Of a stretch of DNA of 64,000 bases, positions 46,976 through 56,711 are shown one piece after another. The DNA lies in contig OZ245015.1 in the NCBI GenBank assembly GCA_965223705.1, positions 4,128,001 through 4,192,000 of the forward strand, given 5' to 3'. The position numbers and the translations under genes are program-made. Each line of letters begins with the position of its first letter. Positions within the stretch are counted from its first letter, which is position 1. The notes below the pieces were generated by a model. It searched no databases. It saw only the letters and a program-made list of their open reading frames with translations, and was not told where the DNA came from. The DNA is from Myxococcota bacterium (GTDB lineage: Bacteria > Myxococcota_A > UBA9160 > UBA6930).

Positions 46976-48607
46976 GTGAAAGGATCGGATCTCTTCGTCC
47001 GCTGCTTGGAGAACGAAGGCGTCGACACCATCTACGGAATTCCCGGCGAAGAGAATATCGACGTCATGGAATCCCTCCATGACAGCACGATCGAATTCGT
47101 CACCACGCGCCACGAGCAAGGCGCGGCGTTCATGGCCGACGTTCACGGCCGACTGACGGGCACAGCCGGAGTCTGCCTGGCGACCCTCGGTCCCGGTGCG
47201 TGCAACCTCGTCACCGGAGCCGCCGACGCGAACATGGACCGTGCGCCGATGGTGGCGATCGCCGGGCAAGCGGACACCGGCCGCATGCACAAAGAGAGTC
47301 ATCAACACGTCGACCTCGCCCAGCTCTTCGCTCCGGTCGCGAAGTACGTCACCCAAATTCGCGAAGGCGGGGTCATCCCGGAAGTGATGCGCAAGGCCTT
47401 CAAGGTCGCCGAAGGCGAAAAACCGGGACTCTCGTTCGTAGAACTTCCGGAGAATGTCGCCGACGCCCCGGCCGTCGGCGAGCCGCTCAGGCCGCAACAA
47501 GCGACCCAGGCGTACCCACATCCGGGCAAGGTCCGACAAGCGGCGGACGTCATCTCGTCGGCGCGCTCTCCGATGATTCTCGCCGGGAACGGCGTCATCC
47601 GAGGAAACGCGTGTCAGGCGCTTCAGGCCTTCGCTGAAAAACTCAACATTCCCGTCGCAACGACGTTCATGGCGAAAGGCGCGATTCCCTTCTCGCATCC
47701 GCTCTCTCTCGGGAGCGTGGGTCTACAAGCGAGGGACTACGTCGATTGCGGCTTCGAGCAAGCCGACGTCATCGTGTGTGTCGGCTACGACATGGTGGAG
47801 TATCACCCGCGGCTCTGGCATCCCAACGGAACGAGCCGCTTGATTCACCTCGACGCGTCCCCAGCCGAAGTGGATGCCCACTACATCCTTGAAACCGGCG
47901 TGGTCGGTTCCATCGCGGCCGTACTCGAAGCGGTCGCCGAAATCGCGAAACCTTGCGATGCGAGCCCGGTGCGGGCCTTGCGGGAAATCGTCGTCGAAGA
48001 ACTGTCGCGATTTTCGGACGATCTCTCGTTCCCGATGAAGCCGCAAAAAATCGTGTCCGACCTCCGGAAGGTCCTCGATCCGAGAGATATCGTGCTCAGC
48101 GACGTCGGTGCGCACAAGATGTGGATGGCCCGGATGTACGAAGCCGAGGCGCCCAACACGTGCATCATCTCCAATGGTTTCGCATCGATGGGCATCGCCG
48201 TACCGGGCGGCGTCGCGGCGAAGCGGATTCATCCCGACCGCAAGGTCGTCGCGGTCTGCGGTGACGCCGGCTTCCTGATGAACTCTCAGGAAATCGAAAC
48301 CGCACTGCGCGTCGGGACACCGTTTGTCGTGCTGATTTGGAACGACTCGAAGTACGGACTGATCGAGTGGCACCAACATCGAAAGTTCGGCCGAAGCAGC
48401 CATATCGATTTTTCGAACCCGGACTTTGTGAAGTACGCCGAGAGCTTTGGAGCGAAGGGGTACCGCGTAGAAAGCGCGGGCGACCTCGTCCCGACGCTCC
48501 GACAGGCGCTGGCCGACAACACCGTATCGGTGATCGACTGTCCGGTGGACTACTCGGAGAACATGAAGCTCACCGAGAAGCTGGGCCAGCTCGAGCTGCG
48601 GATCTGA
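46976..48607 (+). CDS. ThDP-dependent enzyme of the acetolactate synthase family (possibly 2-oxoglutarate decarboxylase)
   Basis: CLENEGV..GIPGEEN, RHEQGAAFMAD, ESHQ, SDVGAHKMW, ISNGFASMG, GDAGFLMN..N ThDP motif. Confidence 0.88.
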   Translation: MKGSDLFVRCLENEGVDTIYGIPGEENIDVMESLHDSTIEFVTTRHEQGAAFMADVHGRLTGTAGVCLATLGPGACNLVTGAADANMDRAPMVAIAGQADTGRMHKESHQHVDLAQLFAPVAKYVTQIREGGVIPEVMRKAFKVAEGEKPGLSFVELPENVADAPAVGEPLRPQQATQAYPHPGKVRQAADVISSARSPMILAGNGVIRGNACQALQAFAEKLNIPVATTFMAKGAIPFSHPLSLGSVGLQARDYVDCGFEQADVIVCVGYDMVEYHPRLWHPNGTSRLIHLDASPAEVDAHYILETGVVGSIAAVLEAVAEIAKPCDASPVRALREIVVEELSRFSDDLSFPMKPQKIVSDLRKVLDPRDIVLSDVGAHKMWMARMYEAEAPNTCIISNGFASMGIAVPGGVAAKRIHPDRKVVAVCGDAGFLMNSQEIETALRVGTPFVVLIWNDSKYGLIEWHQHRKFGRSSHIDFSNPDFVKYAESFGAKGYRVESAGDLVPTLRQALADNTVSVIDCPVDYSENMKLTEKLGQLELRI

Positions 48608-48609
48608 TC

Positions 48610-50043
48610 GTGCGGAGACAGCGTCTGCGAGTTCCCGGAGCGAAACCCTCGGAACCGATGCCGGTGACAAACCCGTTCGATCTGTCCGTGATCGGAGAGG
48701 TCGAAACCGCGGATGACGCCGGCGTCGAGCTGGCGCTCGCGAACGCGCGACGCGCTTTCGACGACCGCGATGGCTGGCTCAAACCCGCGACGCGCGTCGA
48801 CATCCTGGATCGCGTCGGGAGGCGGATGGCAGCAGAGCGCGAGGAGCTCGCGGAGGAGGCGACACGAGAAGGCGGCAAGCCTCTCAAGGACTCCCTTGTC
48901 GAAGTCGATCGCGCGATCGACGGCGTCAGGAACTGCGCCGAGCTCATACGCGGGAACGGAGGTCGAGAAGTTCCGATGGGCGTAAACGAGGCGTCGCTCG
49001 GTCGCGTGGCGTTTACCCGGAAGGAGCCGATCGGCCCGGTGCTGGCGTTTAGCGCCTTCAACCACCCGCTCAACTTGATCGTCCATCAGATCGGACCCGC
49101 GATCGCCGCCGGCTGCCCGGTGATCGTCAAGCCCGCCGACGCGACGCCTTTTTCGTGTTTTCGAATCGTCGAGATGTTCCTCGATGCGGGGCTTCCCGAA
49201 GCGTGGTGTCAGGCGCTCGTGACCCGAGACCTCGACCTCGCCGGCCGAATGGTCGCCGACCCACGCGTCGCGTTCTTCACCTTCATCGGAAGCGGGCGCG
49301 TCGGTTGGGCGCTCCGCAGCAAGCTCGCCCCGGGAACGCGGTGCGCCCTCGAGCACGGAGGTGCCGCACCGGTGGTCATTGCTGCCGATGCCGATCTCGA
49401 CGAAGCCGCGACCCTGCTGGCGAGAGGCGGCATGTATCACGCCGGGCAAGTGTGCGTCTCGGTGCAGCGCGTCTTCGCCGACCGGAGGATCGTCGATCCG
49501 CTGACGGATCGGCTCGCTGCGGCGTGCGGGAAACTCGAGCTGGGTGACCCCTTGCTCCCCGACACGGATGTCGGACCCCTCATCCGGCCTCAGGAAGTGC
49601 ACCGTGTCCATGACTGGATCGAAGAAGCGCGCGCCGCAGGGGGCCGCGTCGTCACGGGCGGACAGCCGCTCGAACCGTCGTTCTACCACCCCACGATCCT
49701 TCGCGACGCCCCCCGCGAAGCCCGCGTCAATTCGCAAGAGATCTTCGGGCCGGTGGTCAGCATCAACCCGTGTGACGATGTCGACGAGGCCATTCGCGAA
49801 TCGAATCGCCTCCCCTTTGCATTCCAGGCGGCCGTCTTCACGCAATCGCTCGACACGGCACTCGACGTCGGTCAGAGGCTCTGCGCCGCAACCGTGATGG
49901 TGAACGATCACACCGCCTTCCGGGTCGACTGGATGCCCTTCGCCGGACTGAGAGAATCGGGCTACGGCGTCGGCGGGATCCCCCACACCTTCGAAGACAT
50001 GCAAACCGAAAAGCTCTGGGTCATCCGCTCGAAGGCCCTGTAG
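48610..50043 (+). CDS. Aldehyde dehydrogenase
   Basis: FNHPLN, VKPA, FIGSG, LEHGG, GQVCVS, EIFGPV, MPFAG; start GTG 48610 or ATG 48658. Confidence 0.92.
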   Translation: MRRQRLRVPGAKPSEPMPVTNPFDLSVIGEVETADDAGVELALANARRAFDDRDGWLKPATRVDILDRVGRRMAAEREELAEEATREGGKPLKDSLVEVDRAIDGVRNCAELIRGNGGREVPMGVNEASLGRVAFTRKEPIGPVLAFSAFNHPLNLIVHQIGPAIAAGCPVIVKPADATPFSCFRIVEMFLDAGLPEAWCQALVTRDLDLAGRMVADPRVAFFTFIGSGRVGWALRSKLAPGTRCALEHGGAAPVVIAADADLDEAATLLARGGMYHAGQVCVSVQRVFADRRIVDPLTDRLAAACGKLELGDPLLPDTDVGPLIRPQEVHRVHDWIEEARAAGGRVVTGGQPLEPSFYHPTILRDAPREARVNSQEIFGPVVSINPCDDVDEAIRESNRLPFAFQAAVFTQSLDTALDVGQRLCAATVMVNDHTAFRVDWMPFAGLRESGYGVGGIPHTFEDMQTEKLWVIRSKAL

Positions 50044-50121
50044 AGCCTCCGCGACCCGCTAAGGTGTGCCGGAACCGGCGTCCGACTTCGATTCGGACAG
50101 CTACAGCGACTGGGACCGCGT

Positions 50122-50715
50122 TTGCACCACCGCATCCGCAAGATGGAAGCGCTCGCCTACGACCTTTTGGCCCGCTTTCGCGAGCGGCTGGGTCGCGGCT
50201 CCGCCGGCTTTCGGGCGCTGACCGAACTCCCGGCGACCCGACCCATCGACGTCCTGGTGCTCTGCCAAGGCAACGTCTGCCGCAGCCCTTACGCGGAAGC
50301 CAAGCTGCGCGAGGCGCTCGGCGACCCCGAAGAACGGCGCGTCCGCGTACGCTCGGCCGGCCTGTTGACCACGCCGGGCAAGCCCGCGCACCCGACGGGT
50401 TCTGAAGTCGCACGCAGGCGGCGCGTGGACCTGACGCAACATCGCACGCGAGACGCCGACCCCGAACGGCTCTTCGCAGCGCACGTACTGCTCATCATGG
50501 ACCCTTCGCATCGCCGACGAGTTGCGGCAATCGATCCCTCGCTCCTGCGGAAGACGATGTTCTTTTGCGCGCCGGCTGTCGCAGAAGGCGTACCCCTCGT
50601 CGTTCCCGACCCTTACGGTCTGCCGACCGAAGTCTTTGAGGCGTGCTTCGATCAGCTCGATCGCGCTGCGGCGGTCCTCGCGCGCGAACTCCTCGATCGA
50701 CTCGACGTCCCGTGA
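50122..50715 (+). CDS. Low-molecular-weight protein tyrosine phosphatase family protein
   Basis: P-loop CQGNVCRS, SAG, DPY; start uncertain. Confidence 0.85.
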   Translation: MHHRIRKMEALAYDLLARFRERLGRGSAGFRALTELPATRPIDVLVLCQGNVCRSPYAEAKLREALGDPEERRVRVRSAGLLTTPGKPAHPTGSEVARRRRVDLTQHRTRDADPERLFAAHVLLIMDPSHRRRVAAIDPSLLRKTMFFCAPAVAEGVPLVVPDPYGLPTEVFEACFDQLDRAAAVLARELLDRLDVP

Positions 50716-51377
50716 ACGAGGTGCGGGGCCGACTCGAGGAGCTCTTGCCGGCGGAAATCGCGGTGCGCGTCTGCGCAGCCGATGTCGCTGCGCCCGTAGG
50801 GTTTCCCGAGGAGGAACAGACGATCTCGAGGGCGGCCGAGCGCCGTGTGCGCGAGTTTCGTCTCGGCCGTGCGCTGGCCCGCGAATGCCTCGCCGCACTC
50901 GGAGAACCGCCGGCGGCGATCCCGATAGGCGAGAACCGTGCGCCCCGGTTTCCCGAGGGCTACGTCGGCAGCGTCTCCCACTGCGCGGACGCGGTGTGTG
51001 CCGTGGCAGCCCGGACGCGTTCGATTCGCAGCGTCGGAATCGATATCGAGCGCTTTGCGCGCCTCGGCGAGCGGCTCGAGGAGCGGATCTTGACCCCTGG
51101 CGAGGCGCAAGAGCTACGCGCCGTTGCACCGGAAGAACGCGCGGTCCGCGCGGGCCTGGCCTTCAGTGCGAAAGAAGTGATCCACAAGAACGTCTCGCCG
51201 CTGTTTGGACGCAATTTGCGCTTTCTCGACGTGTCGATCGCGTTCGAGTTCGACGCCGGTCGGTGGTCGGTCTCGTCGGCGTCCGATCGCTCGCGCGACC
51301 TTCCCTGGTCGGATTTTCGCGGCGTGCACAGCCGGAGCGGCGACCTCGTCGTGACCGCTGGCTACTTCCCGGCGTAG
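50712..51377 (+). CDS. 4'-phosphopantetheinyl transferase (EntD/Npt-like)
   Basis: RVREFRLGRALAR, GSVSHC, VGIDIE, FSAKEVIHK. Confidence 0.88.
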   Translation: MNEVRGRLEELLPAEIAVRVCAADVAAPVGFPEEEQTISRAAERRVREFRLGRALARECLAALGEPPAAIPIGENRAPRFPEGYVGSVSHCADAVCAVAARTRSIRSVGIDIERFARLGERLEERILTPGEAQELRAVAPEERAVRAGLAFSAKEVIHKNVSPLFGRNLRFLDVSIAFEFDAGRWSVSSASDRSRDLPWSDFRGVHSRSGDLVVTAGYFPA

Positions 51378-51529
51378 CCGGCGTTTCAAACTGGAAGCGT
51401 CTCCCCTTTCGTTCTGAAACACCTCTTTCAGAGCGAAACGTGCCCCCGCAGGGTCCCTAGCGGCAGCTGGTTGCAAAGACCCTCGATTTTTCTCTTGAGA
51501 TTGAACGGCAATGTTTCGATGGGGCCTGA

Positions 51530-51545
51530 TGGCACCAGCGTTGCA
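51530..51545 (+). promoter_or_regulatory. sigma54 (-24/-12) promoter of flagellin
   Basis: TGGCAC-CAGCG-TTGCA, an exact GG-N10-GC match, about 115 nt upstream of the ATG. Confidence 0.75.
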
Positions 51546-51658
51546 CAAACCCCGCGTTCAAGGTGATAGCCAGGTAGCGCTACGCCTCGCCGCCTCGCTC
51601 GATTGAACGGGCGTGGGCGTAAAAACAACACCTGAGTACCAGGGAAGGGAAAGAACTG

Positions 51659-52480
51659 ATGGGACTTCGAGTGAATACGAACGTCGCTTCGCTCAATGCG
51701 CAGCGCAATCTCTCCAATGCGACGGAGAGTCTGAGTCGATCCTTTGATCGGCTGTCGTCCGGCTTGCGCATCACGCGCGCATCTGACGACGCCGCGGGGT
51801 TGGCCATTTCCGAGCGCTTTCGGGCCGACGTCCGGAGCCTCCAGCAAGCGCAGCGCAACGCGAACGACGGCATCTCGATGCTTCAGGTTGCCGAAGGCTC
51901 GCTCAACGAATCGAGCAATATCTTGGTTCGGATGCGAGAGCTCGCTGTCCAGGCCGCCAACGGCACGTTGGGATCGGCGGAGCGCGCCACGCTCGATCAG
52001 GAGTTCCAGGACCTGATCTCCGAGATCGACCGCATCGCGGCGGTGACCGAGTTCAACGGCATCCAACTGCTCGACGGAAGCGCGACCTCGGTCACATTCC
52101 AGGTGGGCGCGGGCAACAGCGCGAACGACCGCATTTCGGTTTCGGGCGTGGATGCGACGGCGACGGGTCTCTCGATCGGCGCTGCGGACATCACGACCGA
52201 CACGAACGCCCAGTCGGCCATCGGGACGATCGACACGGCGATCGATTCTCTCACGGGTTTGCGCGCGGACTTCGGTACCGCTCAGAACCGGCTCGAATCG
52301 ACGGTCCGCTCGATTGCCGTCGCTGTCGAGAACACCGCCGCAGCGGAATCGCGTATTCGAGACGTCGATGTGGCGAGCGAAACCGCTCAACTGACCCGGA
52401 ACCAAGTCCTACAGCAAGCCGCCGTGTCGGTGCTGGCCCAGGCGAACTTGTCGAGTTCCCTGGCGCTTCAACTGCTGTAG
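51659..52480 (+). CDS. fliC: Flagellin (minimal, 273 aa)
   Basis: LRVNTNVASLNAQRNL, RLSSGLRITRASDDAAGLAIS, RMRELAVQAANGT, FGTAQNRLE, SRIRDVDVASE. Confidence 0.96.
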   Translation: MGLRVNTNVASLNAQRNLSNATESLSRSFDRLSSGLRITRASDDAAGLAISERFRADVRSLQQAQRNANDGISMLQVAEGSLNESSNILVRMRELAVQAANGTLGSAERATLDQEFQDLISEIDRIAAVTEFNGIQLLDGSATSVTFQVGAGNSANDRISVSGVDATATGLSIGAADITTDTNAQSAIGTIDTAIDSLTGLRADFGTAQNRLESTVRSIAVAVENTAAAESRIRDVDVASETAQLTRNQVLQQAAVSVLAQANLSSSLALQLL

Positions 52481-52484
52481 AGCC

Positions 52485-53390
52485 TCAGGAAACGCTCGCG
52501 ATGCGCTCATTCGGAGGGGATGACCGTCGCCGGCGAAGGACGCCGAAAAGCCGCAGCACCACCTGAGCGACGACGCCTCGCACGAAGTGTTCGTCCCGTT
52601 CGTGCTGCCACAGCTCGCGGAGGAACCGCGAGTAGTTCGACGCGGAAACACCCAGACGGGCGACCGAAACAGAGAGCGCGGAGCGCGTCTTTCCCTCGTG
52701 CCACCAGCACCCCGGGACAAAGATCGTGTCTCCTGGCTCGAGCTCCACGGAGATCGCTCGAAACTGTCCGAGTGCCGGGTAGTTGCGAAAGTCGAGACGA
52801 TCGAGCTCGGGTAGCGAGGAGCGGAACCCGCCGCGCACGCTCCGCATCGGTCCGAGCGCCAGCGCTGCTTCCGGGGGGAGAAGCGCGACGCGCTGCGTCC
52901 CGACGAGCTGGGTTTCCAGACGGTAAGCGCCCAAGGGCTCGCGACGGAGCGGCGAGACGCTGCCGGCTCCGCCGAGTTCGAGTTCCGGCTCGGGGTCGAT
53001 GCGACCCACCCAGCCGTTCGGAACGAGGGGGTGAGGGAACCAGGAGCGATCGATCCCGCGCAGATCGTCGATATCCTCGAAGAGCTCTCGCGACATTCTG
53101 CGCACCGCGACGCCCCACAGGTGGGGCGACATCTCGTCGTCCAGCGCCTCGAACAAGTCCGAGAGCAGGACTTCGCCGTCTCCGCAGGGGATCGGCATTT
53201 CGCCATAGCGCGCGCGTAGGTAGCCCCCGGACCAACGGTCGCGGGCTTTCCAGTGGTCCGCAGCTCCGCCGAATACGATCGGACGTTCCTTCTCGAAGAA
53301 CTGGCGGCGGAGGGTGAGTGCGTGGATGCGCTCCCGTCGCTCGATCCGCCCTGTCGATGTTCGGTCGACCGCCATCCCGGTGGGTGCCAC
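52485..53390 (-). CDS. JmjC/cupin-8-like protein (degenerate metal site)
   Basis: PIVFGGAADHWKA..W, LGGAGSVSPL, LEPGDTIFVPGCWWH. Confidence 0.78.
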   Translation of the reverse strand: MAPTGMAVDRTSTGRIERRERIHALTLRRQFFEKERPIVFGGAADHWKARDRWSGGYLRARYGEMPIPCGDGEVLLSDLFEALDDEMSPHLWGVAVRRMSRELFEDIDDLRGIDRSWFPHPLVPNGWVGRIDPEPELELGGAGSVSPLRREPLGAYRLETQLVGTQRVALLPPEAALALGPMRSVRGGFRSSLPELDRLDFRNYPALGQFRAISVELEPGDTIFVPGCWWHEGKTRSALSVSVARLGVSASNYSRFLRELWQHERDEHFVRGVVAQVVLRLFGVLRRRRSSPPNERIASVS

Positions 53391-53441
53391 CCTCGGCGCA
53401 AAGGTGGCGGCGGCGGCTTTGATTTTCTCCTCGCCTGCCGG

Positions 53442-53990
53442 CTAGAGGAACTTGCTCGCGAGATTCAGGACATCGTCGATGACAGAGCCATCTCGATCCG
53501 AATCGAGAAACGCCTCGAGCAGCCCGCCGCCCCCTTGGCTGCGGGGCTCGTTCGGCGAAAGACCGCTCAAAGAGCCACCGCCGGTGGCCTGCTTGCTCAA
53601 AGCGCCCATTGCTGCCGCCGCCAACAGCGGCAGCATCTTTTTCAGCAGGGAGCTGTCGAGCCCGGTGCGCCTAGCGGCGTGTCCCGCCATGTTCCGACTG
53701 ACGTCTTTGCTGCCCAGGACGTGCCCGAGAATCGCGTTGCCGTCGTCTCGCGTCGACGGCTGGCCCAGGACCCGCGGATCGTCGACGTAACGGCTGTGCC
53801 CGCCGCCCTTGAGGGCGTCGAGGAGACTCTCGAGGCCGCCGGGCTGTCTCGCGTTGCGCTGCAGGCCACGGGCCAAGCCGGGCAGGAGTGCTTCCATTCC
53901 GGAGCGCGTGTCGCTCTGGCCCAGGCCCAGCGAGCCGGCGACGCTCTTCACGAGTTCGGGGTTGTCGAGAAGCATCTCTGCCAAGTTCAT
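53442..53990 (-). CDS. DUF937 family protein
   Basis: LLPGLARGLQRN, DGNAILGHVLG, LDSDRDGSVIDD. Confidence 0.8.
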   Translation of the reverse strand: MNLAEMLLDNPELVKSVAGSLGLGQSDTRSGMEALLPGLARGLQRNARQPGGLESLLDALKGGGHSRYVDDPRVLGQPSTRDDGNAILGHVLGSKDVSRNMAGHAARRTGLDSSLLKKMLPLLAAAAMGALSKQATGGGSLSGLSPNEPRSQGGGGLLEAFLDSDRDGSVIDDVLNLASKFL

Positions 53991-54017
53991 CGGGAAGCCT
54001 CCGCTTGAACGACCATC

Positions 54018-54707
54018 CTACATGAAACCGCGGGCCGTTCCGTCTTCGACTTGCAGGTTTACGACGGCGAGGTCGCCTTCAAGGCGCACCGGGCCCCTGG
54101 CCAGGGGGATTGCCGTCTCGAACATCGGACCGTCCCACACGTAGGTGTGAAACTCACCGCGTTCGCCACAGGAGTCGACCGATGCCGGCAAGGCAGCGAG
54201 AAACGCCCGGTCGAAGGCCGCCCCTGCGAAATCGGCCGTGAGGCGCGTCGTGTCGACGGCGGTCACGACGGCGCGAAGCCCCTCATCCAGCATTTCGTCC
54301 GCCAGGGCTCTCGTCGGGCTTTGCCACAGCGGAAACAGGAGCTCGACCCCGAGCGGCGCAAAGAGTGACCTTCGATAGTCGCGAATGTCCTCGAGAAAAA
54401 GATCGCCGAACGCCATCGACCCGACGCCGGCCGCGCGCGCGACCGCCGCAACGCGCGCCACGGCGGCTTCGTACCGGTCGTTCGGGCACGGCGTCGGCAA
54501 CGACTCGACGTGGAGGGGCAGGCCGACAGCCCGAGCCTGCGCTTCGACCAATTCCCACGGCGTGCCGTGGATGGGAACGCGCCCGTCTCGCTCCGCGCGC
54601 GTTGTCACGAGGCCGGTCACGCGGTAGCGGGGATCGCGAGCCAACCGAGCGAGCGCCCACGCGCTGTCTTTGCCACTGCTCCACCAGAGCCATACCGGTT
54701 CTGCCAT
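54018..54707 (-). CDS. PP-loop adenine nucleotide alpha hydrolase (Dph6/DUF71-like)
   Basis: WSSGKDS, FGDLFLEDIRDYR, FPLW, CGERGEFHTYVWDGPMF; 3 nt downstream of btuB. Confidence 0.85.
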   Translation of the reverse strand: MAEPVWLWWSSGKDSAWALARLARDPRYRVTGLVTTRAERDGRVPIHGTPWELVEAQARAVGLPLHVESLPTPCPNDRYEAAVARVAAVARAAGVGSMAFGDLFLEDIRDYRRSLFAPLGVELLFPLWQSPTRALADEMLDEGLRAVVTAVDTTRLTADFAGAAFDRAFLAALPASVDSCGERGEFHTYVWDGPMFETAIPLARGPVRLEGDLAVVNLQVEDGTARGFM

Positions 54708-54710
54708 GGC

Positions 54711-56699
54711 TCAGTAGCGGAAGCGAAAGCCCGCGTACGCACCGAAGCCCGGGGATTCGTAGCCCGCGATTTCGTGATAGTCGTCGTCGAGCAGGTTCTC
54801 GATGCGTCCGAACATCTCAATGCGATCGCTCAACTGGTACGAGCCAGTGAGCTGCACCAGCGTGTAGGCACCGAGTCTGACTTCTTCGTTGGTCGAGAAA
54901 TCCGTGTCCAGCTGACTTCCGTTGTAGAGGACGGCGAGGTTGATGTTCGCCCTGTCTCGCAGAAAACGCAGATTCGCTGCTACGGAGCCGGTGTGTTTGG
55001 GTCGCCGAATCTCGTGTTGCGTCTCCACGACGCTCAACTTGTCCGAAGACAACGTCGTCTGATCCGAATCGACGTAGCTGTAGGTGGCTGTCAGATCGAA
55101 CCCGGTCCACGGCACGATACGAAGGGTGGCTTCGAATCCATCTCGTTCGCTCTCCCCGATCACGTTGTCTGCCGTGAAAGCCGGATCTCCGCCCGTCGAA
55201 ACAAAACCGTCGATCTCGTCCTCGAGGTCATTCTCGAAATACGTAAGACCGAAAGTCGCTGCCCCGTTGAGGAGCTCTTGTTCGAATCCGATGTCCCATC
55301 CTTCACTCGTCTCGGGTTTTAAGTTCGGATTACCCCGAAAGAAGAAGCCGGGACCGAAGAAATTCGGCAGCTCACCAAACAAATCGAACATACCGGGGTT
55401 CTTGACGCCTTCGCCCCAGCTCGCATGCAAGCGAGTGCTCTCCCAAGGGAGGACATAGCTCAGTGTCGCTCGGTATGTCGTCGCGTTGTCGAAATCATCG
55501 TTGTTGTCCCTTCGCACGCTTCCGGAGAGGAAAAGGGTTTCGTCGAAGTTGACCCGATACTCCCCGATCCAACTGTTCTCGCGGAGCGTCTGAGTTTGTT
55601 CGGTCCCTAGAGAACCGACGAATTGCAAACGTCCGTGCTCATAGGCGCCCGTCACAACGTGGGACAGGCCTCCGGCTTCGAACACGCCGGTCGTTTGATA
55701 GCGATAGCGGCGCTTATCTCCCCGGGTCTCCGAGAGCAGGAACCCATCGTCACGCTCGTCGCGTTTCGTATCGAGTTTCGAGATGTCTACGCGATGGGTC
55801 CACCGACCCTCCAAGAGACTTACTTCCGCCCACGCGCGTCCGGTTCCGTGTTCGCTGACCGAGTTCTCGCGCGTATTGACGATCAAACCGAAGGTAGACG
55901 GCCCGACAAAATCCTGTGTATCTCGTTCGTGATCCTCGCGGCTGTAGCGGACGGAACCACCGACTCGGAAGAACGGTGCCAACCGCGCGGAGCCCCGAAG
56001 GTTGTAGGTATGGTTGCGATAGCCGTCCCGCTCGCCGCCAGTGGGCGAATGGCTGATACCGTGGGTATCGAGAAAATTGATGGAGCCCGTCAACCGCCAG
56101 TCGACCCCACCTCCACCGACAATGGCGTGAGCGCGGCGCGTACCGAAAGTGCCAGCTTCAACGAGCGCTCCTGCGTGAACGCCTTCGGGAAGCTCTCGAG
56201 TTACGATATTGATGACTCCACCGACCGCCTCGCTGCCGTAGAGCGCGCTTTGTGAGCCGCGCAAGACTTCGATTCGCTCGATGTCATCGGCGAGTAAATT
56301 GCCGAAATCAAACTCGTCATTCAGCGCGGGATCTGTCACTTCGACACCGTCGATCATGACGAGGGTGTGGTTGCCTTCCGCGCCTCGAATGCGGACCTGG
56401 GTGAGCGAGCCAAAACTACCGGTTCGGCTCACCGCGACACCGGGGACCTCGCGCAAGAGATCAGAAGCGAAAGGCACGCCTCGGCGCTCGATTTCCTCAC
56501 GGTCGATCACCGTGACCGAACTTCCGAGCTCGATCACGGCGCGCGGCGTGAGGGAGCCGATACCGACGCGCTCGTCGGACGCGAGCGAAGCATGAGAAAC
56601 GACAGAAGACAGGACGACGCAAAGAGGGAGCCAGTGCGCTCGGCGCACGGCATGCACTAGGGACAAGCGATCCACCTCGGCGCCGATTCCGAGCGCCAT
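54711..56699 (-). CDS. btuB: TonB-dependent receptor, BtuB-like
   Basis: Plug domain (VTVIDREEI, IRGAEGNHTLVMIDGV, IERIEVLRGSQSALYGSEAVGGVINI), ENLLD, terminal aromatic residue; preceded by a cobalamin riboswitch. Confidence 0.88.
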   Translation of the reverse strand: MALGIGAEVDRLSLVHAVRRAHWLPLCVVLSSVVSHASLASDERVGIGSLTPRAVIELGSSVTVIDREEIERRGVPFASDLLREVPGVAVSRTGSFGSLTQVRIRGAEGNHTLVMIDGVEVTDPALNDEFDFGNLLADDIERIEVLRGSQSALYGSEAVGGVINIVTRELPEGVHAGALVEAGTFGTRRAHAIVGGGGVDWRLTGSINFLDTHGISHSPTGGERDGYRNHTYNLRGSARLAPFFRVGGSVRYSREDHERDTQDFVGPSTFGLIVNTRENSVSEHGTGRAWAEVSLLEGRWTHRVDISKLDTKRDERDDGFLLSETRGDKRRYRYQTTGVFEAGGLSHVVTGAYEHGRLQFVGSLGTEQTQTLRENSWIGEYRVNFDETLFLSGSVRRDNNDDFDNATTYRATLSYVLPWESTRLHASWGEGVKNPGMFDLFGELPNFFGPGFFFRGNPNLKPETSEGWDIGFEQELLNGAATFGLTYFENDLEDEIDGFVSTGGDPAFTADNVIGESERDGFEATLRIVPWTGFDLTATYSYVDSDQTTLSSDKLSVVETQHEIRRPKHTGSVAANLRFLRDRANINLAVLYNGSQLDTDFSTNEEVRLGAYTLVQLTGSYQLSDRIEMFGRIENLLDDDYHEIAGYESPGFGAYAGFRFRY

Positions 56700-56711
56700 T
56701 CAACGTGCCTG

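Noticed and set aside
51461..51475. Second sigma54-like site CGGCAGCTGGTTGC upstream of flagellin
   Set aside because: The GG-to-GC spacing is 9, not the required 10.
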